A stretch of 32,000 nucleotides of DNA from Candidatus Helarchaeota ASGARD archaeon Hel_GB_B (GTDB taxonomy: Archaea; Asgardarchaeota; Lokiarchaeia; Helarchaeales; HEL-GB-B), in assembly GCA_005191425.1 (NCBI GenBank), contig SUPR01000034.1, positions 1,471 to 33,470 on the forward strand, given 5' to 3'. The translations under genes were made by a program, and so were the position numbers. Position 1 is the stretch's first letter. Each line of letters starts with the position of its first letter. The notes beneath the pieces were generated by a model, which was not told the DNA's origin, ran no database searches, and saw only the letters and a program-made list of their open reading frames with translations. Shown here piece after piece: positions 17,742-26,657 of the stretch.

Positions 17742-18776
17742 TCAAAGTCTTACAAAATATGATGCCCCTTTAACGCCTGCATTTGATAAAGAACCTTTAA
17801 TAATGGGGATTTTACGATGCTCTGGATAAACAGATGATTTAAAAGAGGACATCATTTCATTTTTAAATAGATCATAGGCGTTCATAATAGAGCCCTCTAA
17901 AATTAAAATATCTGGGTTGAAATTAGTTATAAAAGCTGCAATTGCATAACCTATATGCTTACCAAGATTTTTATAAGTTAATAAACAATTTTTATCTACA
18001 TTAAAATTAGCAAATGCGGGATAGTTTTGTATAAATTCTTGGTTTTTAGTTGACCGAGCAAATTGCTCTATCATCCAAGCTCGTTCTTCTTTTCGAGTTT
18101 TTATAATTTGATTAGAAACAATTTTTGATGATGGACCACCAAATATTTTCATTAATATTGGATAAACTGCCATACCACTGGCAAAATCTTCAAGATTTGA
18201 GCCAATTCTTGCTTGTACCTCATCCTTATTACTCCCAAAATATGGTGTTTTAGATAATTCAACAGCTAAATACCCAGTCCTTTTTCCGCCCCAGTAAGGC
18301 ATTCCATTTAATATCATAGCTGCACCGAGGCCTGTTCCAGGTGCTATTAACCCAAGTGCACTGCATTCCAGTCCTTGTTCTTTATTTGGAGCATATTTAT
18401 AATATCCCAAGGCAATTGCTTCACAATCATTAATTAGCGAGACTTTTTCAGCAGGAAATGTTTCCTTTATTCTTTTTTGTATATTATATTCGCCACAGCC
18501 AATATTTTCAGGTGAATATAATATGCCATCTATTGTTGAAAGTGGGCCAGCTGAGCCTATACCAATTTTAACTTTTAAATCAGGAAATAATTTTGCAAAA
18601 TTATTGATTAAATCATCAAGACATTCGAATAAACATTTTTCGAAAATTTTTTTGCTCCTTTTTGATGGAAATTTAATTATTTTTAGGTTATCAATAATAT
18701 TTCCATAAGAATCAATTATAGCACCCCGAATTTTAGTACCCCCAATATCTAACCCAATTGTTGGTCTGTTGTCCAT
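17742..18776 (-). CDS. ROK family sugar kinase
   Basis: IGLDIGGTKI, GIGSAGP, INDCEAIALG, PGTGLG, LEDFASG and NAGVKGA motifs; AGGTGA RBS upstream. Confidence 0.88.
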   Translation of the reverse strand: MDNRPTIGLDIGGTKIRGAIIDSYGNIIDNLKIIKFPSKRSKKIFEKCLFECLDDLINNFAKLFPDLKVKIGIGSAGPLSTIDGILYSPENIGCGEYNIQKRIKETFPAEKVSLINDCEAIALGYYKYAPNKEQGLECSALGLIAPGTGLGAAMILNGMPYWGGKRTGYLAVELSKTPYFGSNKDEVQARIGSNLEDFASGMAVYPILMKIFGGPSSKIVSNQIIKTRKEERAWMIEQFARSTKNQEFIQNYPAFANFNVDKNCLLTYKNLGKHIGYAIAAFITNFNPDILILEGSIMNAYDLFKNEMMSSFKSSVYPEHRKIPIIKGSLSNAGVKGASYFVRL

Positions 18777-18865
18777 TTAATCTCACCTGTTCTAAATTAT
18801 ATTTAAAATAAAATATTTAATATGGAGGAAAAAACAAAATAAAAAAATAATAGATAATTTTAAGA

Positions 18866-19327
18866 TTATTTCATCATAAGTATGGTTGCAACACCATCTG
18901 CAGCTACTTTACCATTATGATTCGGGTCATAGACACAGTTATCGATAATTACTTGCGTTTTAATTTCCAAAAATTTTAGTTTACCATCTTTTTTAGTATA
19001 TTTTTTTATGACTTCAGCGTGTGCAGTTACGGTATCTCCAAAATGAACTGGCGCAGTAAATCGAATTTCTTGCCCACCATATATACATCCAGGGCCGGGT
19101 AATTTCATTCCCAATACTGCGCTTATTAAAGCTGATGTAAATGCGCCATGTACAATTCGAGTTTTAAATTGCGTGCTTTTTGCATATTCTTCGTCGATAT
19201 GGACTGGATTAAAATCGCCACTTATGCCTGCAAATAATGTATCATCAGTTTGAGTTATAGTTTTTGTGAATTCTGCTTTTTCACCAATTTGAATATCATC
19301 AAATGTTCTTTCATTATATTTTCCCAA
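18866..19327 (-). CDS. MaoC family (R-specific enoyl-CoA hydratase-type) dehydratase
   Basis: FAGISGDFNPVHID catalytic motif, RIVHG, LPGPG and FTAPVHFGD. Confidence 0.92.
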   Translation of the reverse strand: MGKYNERTFDDIQIGEKAEFTKTITQTDDTLFAGISGDFNPVHIDEEYAKSTQFKTRIVHGAFTSALISAVLGMKLPGPGCIYGGQEIRFTAPVHFGDTVTAHAEVIKKYTKKDGKLKFLEIKTQVIIDNCVYDPNHNGKVAADGVATILMMK

Positions 19328-19543
19328 ATGGATCTAACTCCATAAGTTTGTAATTTAACTTTAAAAATGATGATTAAAAAGATTTCTTTTTTTTAAAAAT
19401 AATCAATTAAAAGATATTTAAATAAAAAACTTAGGTCAATTTGTCAAACTATATATGATTTTTAATGAATAGAATTAATTTTTAATTGGTTATTAAAGAA
19501 TATGTTTTATATAAAAATCAGTTCAATAGTATTGTAAAAAATT

Positions 19544-20884
19544 TTAAAGTTCAACAGGTTTGTCCATTAAATAGGGGTCAGATGCTTTTTGGCCGGTGAT
19601 TTTATAAACTATTTCCCAGAATTTCGCAGGTCTAATTCCACGATATGACTCTCTTATCTTCTTTTTGATCAATTTCATTGTATTTAATGCCTCTTGTTTT
19701 GTAAGTTTAGATGGTTCGCTTTTAACTTCACTAAGAATCTGTTCAATTTGGGTATCAGATGCATTTATTCCCGCTTGATTTAATAAATATCTAATTGTAG
19801 TTCTGCCGCTATATTTACCCATATAAAAGTACCTATTTCTACCAATTTTACGTGGATTATATGGCTCAATAGTCCACGGACCACCAGAGATCATAGCGTG
19901 AATATGAAGTCCAGATTCATGAGAAAATGAATTTACTCCAACAATTGCTTTATGAACAGATAGAGGCAGACCAAAATAAGCTTCGGTCAACTCTGCTAAC
20001 TCATAAAGGTGCTCTGTTTTGACAGTTTTAATACCATACAAACAATCAAGGGCCATAACTACTTCTTCTAAAGCAGCATTTCCACTGCGCTCGCCAAATG
20101 CATTCACTGTAACGTGAGGATAATTGGCGCCTTCCTCAAGAGCAGCTAATGTATTTGCTGTAGCTAATCCGAAATCATTATGACAATGAGGAGATATAAT
20201 AATGTCTTGAGGAATATCGGGGTGATTTATTATTTTATTTATCAAATATTTCATTGATTTTGGTCGAAGATACCCCACCGTATCTGCAATATCAATTTTA
20301 TTAGCACCAGCATTTATAGCAACTTTACAAAAGTCAATAAGACTATCTAAGGGAGTACGAGTAGCATCTACTGGAACGAAGTCCGCAACTATACCATGAT
20401 CAACAACATATTGAATAGACTGTTCGATTCGGTTTAATGCTTCCTCTTTTTCTATTTTCAGGACCCTTTTTAATGATAAATCTGAAATTGGGAAAAAAAC
20501 TGGGACTTCATCAACTTCGCATTCTACAGCGACTTGAACATCTTTTAAATGAGCTCTAGCGGGAGCTGCTATTTTTGTATTAAATTTTTCTTTTGCAATT
20601 TTGGAAACTATGAATTTATCGTTATCACTTACAGCTGGATATCCAACGACAACAACAGCGATGCCCATATCGTCCATTATTTTAATTATATCTAGTTTTT
20701 GATTTAAACTTAATTGTACACCAGGAGTTTGTTCCCCATCTCTGAGAGTTTCATCCCATATTTTGATGTCCTTTTTCATTTTTTCTGGTCTGTTTATTTC
20801 TAAGTTGTTATAGTTAAATAATAATTTTTTACCTGCTTTAAGTTCGTTGATCTTTTCTACAATTGCCTTTTTATCATCATTCAA
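19544..20884 (-). CDS. 2-isopropylmalate/homocitrate/citramalate synthase family (DRE-TIM) enzyme without a C-terminal regulatory domain
   Basis: DETLRDGEQTPG, DTVG, HCHNDFGLATAN, GERSGNA, HESGLH and GKYSG motifs. Substrate specificity cannot be assigned. Confidence 0.88.
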   Translation of the reverse strand: MNDDKKAIVEKINELKAGKKLLFNYNNLEINRPEKMKKDIKIWDETLRDGEQTPGVQLSLNQKLDIIKIMDDMGIAVVVVGYPAVSDNDKFIVSKIAKEKFNTKIAAPARAHLKDVQVAVECEVDEVPVFFPISDLSLKRVLKIEKEEALNRIEQSIQYVVDHGIVADFVPVDATRTPLDSLIDFCKVAINAGANKIDIADTVGYLRPKSMKYLINKIINHPDIPQDIIISPHCHNDFGLATANTLAALEEGANYPHVTVNAFGERSGNAALEEVVMALDCLYGIKTVKTEHLYELAELTEAYFGLPLSVHKAIVGVNSFSHESGLHIHAMISGGPWTIEPYNPRKIGRNRYFYMGKYSGRTTIRYLLNQAGINASDTQIEQILSEVKSEPSKLTKQEALNTMKLIKKKIRESYRGIRPAKFWEIVYKITGQKASDPYLMDKPVEL

Positions 20885-21070
20885 TTTAATACCTCAAAAA
20901 ATACGGAATACAAACTACTAATAAAACTTTTTTTAATAGTAAATTTCTATAATTAGTCATATCTCAAATATATCAATAAAATTAATTTAAAAAAAAGTCA
21001 TGAATTTTAACAAGATTTTAAAATATTTATAGAAATGTACAATGAATAAAATATTTCAAGGTGAACAAAA

Positions 21071-21553
21071 TTGGCTTCAGAAAAAATTAGAATTAGGGAA
21101 TATAAAAAAGGCGATTATCTTTATACCAAGAGATTGATGCAACAATTGACTGCAAGCGTTGGAAGAGAATTTGAGGAAGATAGATGGAAAAAACATATCA
21201 GTATAAGGTTGAGTAGTGGACTGGGTGGTATGTTAATAGCTGCAGATGAGGACGACCATTGTTTTGGTATGGCTTTTGTAGAGGTCAGGACCAAGCCAAC
21301 AGGTCAGTATTATCAGCACCACCCTAGGACAGATAAATATGGATATATAACAAATGTGATTGTCGATGAAAAGTGGCGCGGAAAAGGTATTGGAGAAAAA
21401 TTGATAAGAAAAGCTATTGAAGAATTAAAAAATGCAGGCATTGAAATCATAAGAATAAATGTCAGAGAAAATGCAACAGAAGCTAAGAACCTTTATAAAA
21501 AAATAGGTTTTAAAGAGTCCTATACAGTAATGGAATATGAAGTAAAAGATTAA
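21071..21553 (+). CDS. GNAT N-acetyltransferase
   Basis: VIVDEKWRGKGIG and NATEAKNLYKKIGF motifs; AGGTGA RBS before the TTG start. Confidence 0.88.
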   Translation: MASEKIRIREYKKGDYLYTKRLMQQLTASVGREFEEDRWKKHISIRLSSGLGGMLIAADEDDHCFGMAFVEVRTKPTGQYYQHHPRTDKYGYITNVIVDEKWRGKGIGEKLIRKAIEELKNAGIEIIRINVRENATEAKNLYKKIGFKESYTVMEYEVKD

Positions 21554-21621
21554 GCAAAAATCTTGCTAATTAGAAATATTTATTTAATTTTTAGGCTAAA
21601 ATCTTAATTTTTGATGGAACT

Positions 21622-22143
21622 ATGTTTTCAATTATTTTTGCACCAGAAGAATTTTATTTAGAATTACAACAAAAACATTTGAAAATACCAATCTTAGATT
21701 TGATTAGAAATAAAATTAAGGAATTGAGATCGATTGATTTAATTATAAAAACACTCATTGATGAAGAGCATACAATAACCAGTGAGAATTTTCAAATTAT
21801 TTATTTGATCAACCATAATTTATTAAAAAGTTTTAAATTAGGTAAATATACATGGACATTGAGTGATGATGATATAAAAAAAGTATTGAATGGAACTTCT
21901 ATTTTATTTTTAACCGAACGGAAAATTTTTATACCAATTAAGAAAGTAAGCAAAATGATGAAGGGAATTATAGAAGAAAGAGGTATCAATATAAAAATTG
22001 AAAAAAATGGTTTTTATGATGGATTAAATAATGATGATGATGATAAAATAAAAATAGAAGTAATATCCCGTAATGATGAAAGATTTAATATTCTGGCTGA
22101 TGAGTGCAATGGTAAATTATTAATTTTTTATTTAAACGTTTAA
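21622..22143 (+). CDS. Hypothetical protein
   Basis: 173-aa ORF with no overlapping real gene, ending 2 nt before the next gene; no motif confidently recognised. Confidence 0.7.
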   Translation: MFSIIFAPEEFYLELQQKHLKIPILDLIRNKIKELRSIDLIIKTLIDEEHTITSENFQIIYLINHNLLKSFKLGKYTWTLSDDDIKKVLNGTSILFLTERKIFIPIKKVSKMMKGIIEERGINIKIEKNGFYDGLNNDDDDKIKIEVISRNDERFNILADECNGKLLIFYLNV

Positions 22144-22145
22144 TT

Positions 22146-22790
22146 GTGAAAATCATGATAGTACATAAAAAATTGTATTCTATTTTATGTTATATTGAAA
22201 TTACCTTAGGAATACTCTTAATTATCTCTACGATTATTGAAATTTTTTTTCTAAAAGTCCTCTATGATGATAATTTAGTTGAGAATATATATGTCATATT
22301 TTTAGGAATTGGAGGATTTGCAACCCTATTTGGAGGTTTATTTAGCTTAGGTATTTTACCAATTGCTAGTTGCACGCCTTCATTTATTTGTATGTTATTA
22401 CTATTAAATAATGAAGATTTTTGGGCAGTATTCAGACCAGATATTTTAGTTTTTTTAATATTATCTTTAATAATTGGTGTCCTTTTAATTATTTTTTATC
22501 AAGAATTTATCCCTGAAAAACGAAATGAACTAAAAGATTTATTATTAAAAGAATTGGGCGGTATTAAAAATAAACAAATAGAAAAATTAAATATGATAGG
22601 AATAGAAACTCTTAATGAGTTAATTGAAGAGAAGGAGAATCTCAAAGAAATTGCAAAGTTAACAAATATTGATAGAAAAATATTAAAAAAATGGATAGAT
22701 AAAGCAGAAGCTTATGAAAAAGAATATCAAGATTACCAAAAAGAAAAATTGAAAAAATCATATTGGAAAAGTAGAAAAAATAAGAGATAG
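22146..22790 (+). CDS. Membrane protein (about 4 TM helices) with a C-terminal helix-hairpin-helix (DUF4332-like) domain
   Basis: About four hydrophobic segments in aa 10-120, then LGGIKNKQIEKLNMIGIETLNEL...LKEIAKLTNIDRKILKKWIDKA. Confidence 0.75.
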   Translation: MKIMIVHKKLYSILCYIEITLGILLIISTIIEIFFLKVLYDDNLVENIYVIFLGIGGFATLFGGLFSLGILPIASCTPSFICMLLLLNNEDFWAVFRPDILVFLILSLIIGVLLIIFYQEFIPEKRNELKDLLLKELGGIKNKQIEKLNMIGIETLNELIEEKENLKEIAKLTNIDRKILKKWIDKAEAYEKEYQDYQKEKLKKSYWKSRKNKR

Positions 22791-23290
22791 TCCGAAAATA
22801 AATATATAAATTTCAGTTTTATCGTTATTGAAAGTACCTTTTAAGAAAAATCCTAATTTGATTAATTTTTTTGTGAAAACTGAAGAAAATTGTATAAAAT
22901 TTGGATCGGGCATGCTAACTTAATGGATTAATTTGAGTTTATAATTGATAATTGTAGTTTTAATGATTTAATTTTAATAAAGACGACACCGAAAAATTAA
23001 AATTTTTAGTTAAAATATTCGATAATATAACATTTCATTAAGTTCTGGATAAAAGTTTGGAACATCTAACAAAAATATATAAAGATAAAGTTTAATATCA
23101 ATATTAATTTCATTATATGATATTAGTTTCAAAAATCCTTAATATAATATATTAAAACATAAAAAACTAAAATATATTATAATTTAAAATAAAAATTGTA
23201 GAAATTAAAAATAGCAATGACAAATTTTTTATTTATAAATTTTTTAGCCTAAAAAAATGTTATTTTAAAAATAATTGATGGTGGGTTTTA

Positions 23291-24148
23291 TTGGCAATTA
23301 ATAAAATAATGAGTTTAAAAGAAGCAGTTTCTCAATACGTAGAAGATGGTGATCTGGTTGGTATTGGTGGACTGTCATTTTGGAGAAAGCCAATTTCAGC
23401 GATAAGAGAAATAATTAGACAAGGAAAAAAGAATTTAGGAATAGTCACATTTGTTGGGGGACTTGATGTCGATTTATTAGCTGGAGCAAATTGTATAAAT
23501 AGAGTCCGTGCCAGTTTTGTTGGTATGGAATTATTTGGTTTGGCACCAAGATATAGAGAGGCTGTTGAAAGTGGAAAATTGAAGGTCATAGAGGAAACTG
23601 AGGCGTCTATTGCATTAGGACTTAAAGCAGTTTATTTAAGATTACCATTTATGCCATTAAAAGGGATTATTGATACAGATATCTTAAAGGTACGGGATGA
23701 TATTAAAGAATTTGTTGATCCATTAAAAAATGAGAGATTAGTAGCTGTTCCACCAATTAAGCCAGATGTTGCAATAATTCATGTCCCTTATGCTGACGAG
23801 AAGGGTAATGGAAATATTGCCGGTGCTGTTTGGATTGATGACGATCTATCGAAAGTTGCAAAGAAAGTCATTATTACTTGTGAAAAAATTGTTGAAACTG
23901 AAGATATTATTAGATTACCTGGTAAAGGACAAATCCCTATGCAGAAAGTAGATGCAGTAGTTAGAGTTCCTTTTGGAGCACACCCGACCAGTTGTTATCC
24001 GTTTTATACTTTTGACCCAATTCACATTAAAAATTATATGAAGATCAACTATGATGAATATTTTAATACATTTATTAAACCTGAAAATATTGGAGACTAC
24101 TTGGAAAAAGTTGGAGGTATAAAATCTATTTTAAATATAATTACATAG
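23291..24148 (+). CDS. Family I CoA-transferase subunit A (glutaconate CoA-transferase A-like)
   Basis: VEDGDLVGIGG, DVDLLAGA, PDVAIIHVPYADEKGN and VPFGAHPTSCYPFY motifs. Confidence 0.9.
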   Translation: MAINKIMSLKEAVSQYVEDGDLVGIGGLSFWRKPISAIREIIRQGKKNLGIVTFVGGLDVDLLAGANCINRVRASFVGMELFGLAPRYREAVESGKLKVIEETEASIALGLKAVYLRLPFMPLKGIIDTDILKVRDDIKEFVDPLKNERLVAVPPIKPDVAIIHVPYADEKGNGNIAGAVWIDDDLSKVAKKVIITCEKIVETEDIIRLPGKGQIPMQKVDAVVRVPFGAHPTSCYPFYTFDPIHIKNYMKINYDEYFNTFIKPENIGDYLEKVGGIKSILNIIT

Positions 24149-24157
24149 GTGATAATT

Positions 24158-25021
24158 ATGGATTATTCAATTGATGAATTAATTACAGTCTTAATGGCAC
24201 GAGAAGTTACAAATACGGATGTAATGATAGTTGGAGTTGCGACACCTTGTGTTTGGTCTGCATTTACATTAGCAAAAGTCACCCACGCGCCTAATGCAAT
24301 TTTTCATTATATAATGGGTAATACATTTGTGTATGAAGCCCGAAGAGTTTCATTATTATGGCTAGAAAATACAGCTATATCGCGATGCCATCGGATCCAT
24401 AATAGCGGAGAATGTACCCTTGAATTGCTGCCCCATGACACTCTTACAACAATCGAATTTTTCAGACCTGCACAAATTGATCAATATGGAAATACGAATA
24501 ACACATGTATTGGATCGTGGGACAACCCAAAAGTAAGGTTACCAGGAGCCGCTGGAATTCCGGATTTCTCTGGTTTTTATAGTAGAGGACAGAGTCTTTA
24601 TGTTACTCGTCATGATAGACGAACTTTTGTACCTTCTGAAAAATTGTTTTTTAGGTCAGGTGTTGGGTACGTCAATGGTCAAATGCCAGTTGCAGGAGGA
24701 GCAGGCCCTAAATTTATCATAACAGACCTTGCATATCTTGATTTTGACGAAAAAACTAAAAAAATGCGAATTAAAACGCGACATCCAGGAGTTTCAATCG
24801 AAGAAATCCAAGAAAAAACAGGTTTTGAATTAATTGTTCCTAACAAAGTTCCTGAGACCAAACCACCAACAGACCATGAGCTAAAAATGTTAAGAGAAAA
24901 AGTAGACCCACTTGCTATTAGACGTCTTGAAGTTCTAACAGGGAAAGAACGAGACGAACATTTACAATATGTTATTGAAAATGAAATAAAAATGGAAAAA
25001 AGAGTTATGGAACGCATTTAA
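24158..25021 (+). CDS. Family I CoA-transferase subunit B (glutaconate CoA-transferase B-like)
   Basis: PAQIDQYGNTN, RLPGAAG, ITDLAYLDF and HPGVSIEEIQEKTGFEL motifs. I prefer ATG 24158, which follows an AGGTGA RBS overlapping the subunit A stop. Confidence 0.9.
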   Translation: MDYSIDELITVLMAREVTNTDVMIVGVATPCVWSAFTLAKVTHAPNAIFHYIMGNTFVYEARRVSLLWLENTAISRCHRIHNSGECTLELLPHDTLTTIEFFRPAQIDQYGNTNNTCIGSWDNPKVRLPGAAGIPDFSGFYSRGQSLYVTRHDRRTFVPSEKLFFRSGVGYVNGQMPVAGGAGPKFIITDLAYLDFDEKTKKMRIKTRHPGVSIEEIQEKTGFELIVPNKVPETKPPTDHELKMLREKVDPLAIRRLEVLTGKERDEHLQYVIENEIKMEKRVMERI

Positions 25022-25055
25022 TTCGGAAATTACAAATTTATAGAGCATATCACCA

Positions 25056-25835
25056 TTATTTTTTTAAAATTATTTTTTCAAAATTCCTTTGTAAATTTTC
25101 AATAACAAAATCTTTTTGTAAATTTTTTATCTCTACAATATCTTTAATTATCGTTGGAATAAGAGATGGTCTACCAATTATGTTTAACTTTTTATAATTG
25201 ACAGGGCCGTCTGATTCAGTTAATAGCCGGTTAATAGGAGTTAATTTTACAAGATTTCTAACATTTTTTGAATATTTAACAGAAAAATTTATTGAATAGA
25301 AAAAACCATTATCAATACCTTTTTTAATCAATTTTTCGTTTGCTGAATACCAATGAATTATTATTGGACTGATTTTATACGTTTCTAATATCTCCATTAT
25401 TTCAGATTCAGCATTTTTACCGTGAACTGTAACACCTAATTTATGTTTTTCAGAAAATGATAAAAATTTATTAAAAATTGATTTTTGTTTTTCCCATATA
25501 TTTGGATCTTTTGTATAATATCTATCTAGACCAATCTCGCCAATAATTTTTATTATTGATAGATTTTGTTCAATTAATTTAATAACCGTTCCGAATAAAT
25601 TTTCTATATCAGAATTAGAATTTATTGTAATAGGGTGTATACCTAAAGCAGGTAAAATTACATCCGGAAATTGGTGATATAATTCCAATACTTTTTTATT
25701 TTCCTCTTTAAACATTGAAACGACTACTACTTTTCTAACAGATTTATCAATTGCGTCTTTAATAACATTCTTAACTTCTTTAAATTGCGTTAAATGACAA
25801 TGAGAATCGTGATAATAGCTCATTTTGAAAATCAA
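25056..25835 (-). CDS. tatD: TatD family deoxyribonuclease
   Basis: DSHCH, GIHP, GEIGLD, VH, IHW and TESDGP motifs. An alternative start is ATG 25823. Confidence 0.92.
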   Translation of the reverse strand: MIFKMSYYHDSHCHLTQFKEVKNVIKDAIDKSVRKVVVVSMFKEENKKVLELYHQFPDVILPALGIHPITINSNSDIENLFGTVIKLIEQNLSIIKIIGEIGLDRYYTKDPNIWEKQKSIFNKFLSFSEKHKLGVTVHGKNAESEIMEILETYKISPIIIHWYSANEKLIKKGIDNGFFYSINFSVKYSKNVRNLVKLTPINRLLTESDGPVNYKKLNIIGRPSLIPTIIKDIVEIKNLQKDFVIENLQRNFEKIILKK

Positions 25836-25847
25836 AATATTATTTTA

Positions 25848-26492
25848 TTATTTTTTTAAATTTAATTTTGGATGTTTATTTAATGTTTCAAGGACTTTTT
25901 CAAACCGTTCATTGTATTTTCCAGCCAGTTTTACAACTTTAATATTCCAATCGTTAATTATTCCTTTTATCATTTCATCTATTTCAATTTGAAATTGTAG
26001 GTTCACAGACCTAAAATTATCATTTTCAATAGGGTAATTTGTTCTTTGTGTATAAAATAAAAAATCATATGTTTCAGCCCAATTTCTACAAATTGTTTCT
26101 AAAACATGGAGGTTCTTTTTTGAAATTGAATTTTTATTTGCAGATCTTTTAGCATAAGCAAAATTGTCGATAACTGTCCTGTCAGTAACTACAACATTGT
26201 TATTACTTTGTCTTTCGATTTCTTTATTTATTTGAGCATTAATCACCCAATATTGAGACAAAAAGGCGGAAAGGTCATTAACTGATGCAGGTATATCTCT
26301 TACAATTTCTCCGACCCAACCTACTATAATATGGTTTTCTTTTAAATATGACATGATTGTATGTCCTAAAGTGGTTTTTCCAGTTGAATGCGTACCTAAA
26401 ATTCCAATTTTAATATAATTCTTCTTATCTCTTTCAAAATAGGCAATTAATTTCTTTTGAACAGTTCTTTTTAAAGTAGTTGATTTGTTCAA
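25848..26492 (-). CDS. P-loop NTPase of the NadR/AAA_28 nucleotide-kinase-like type
   Basis: GILGTHSTGKTT, EIVR, DRTVIDNFAY, YDFLFY and DNFRS follow the AAA_28/dNMP-kinase-like pattern. Confidence 0.78.
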   Translation of the reverse strand: MNKSTTLKRTVQKKLIAYFERDKKNYIKIGILGTHSTGKTTLGHTIMSYLKENHIIVGWVGEIVRDIPASVNDLSAFLSQYWVINAQINKEIERQSNNNVVVTDRTVIDNFAYAKRSANKNSISKKNLHVLETICRNWAETYDFLFYTQRTNYPIENDNFRSVNLQFQIEIDEMIKGIINDWNIKVVKLAGKYNERFEKVLETLNKHPKLNLKK

Positions 26493-26657
26493 AAAGGATC
26501 ATCTGGGAAAATTTTGTTTAATTGATATTTAGGATTATTAATTCTAAAAAACCACTCATAATAATTTTCTGTTAGAAGCTAATAAATGTTTTCTATTTAA
26601 ATATATATAATCTATTAGCAATAAAAATGGAAATTGAGATCGATTAAAATAAGCTAA

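Noticed and set aside
18523-25017. ORFs 18523-18708, 21801-21989, 23332-23589 and 24679-25017
   Set aside because: Antisense shadows of the ROK, hypothetical and CoA-transferase genes.
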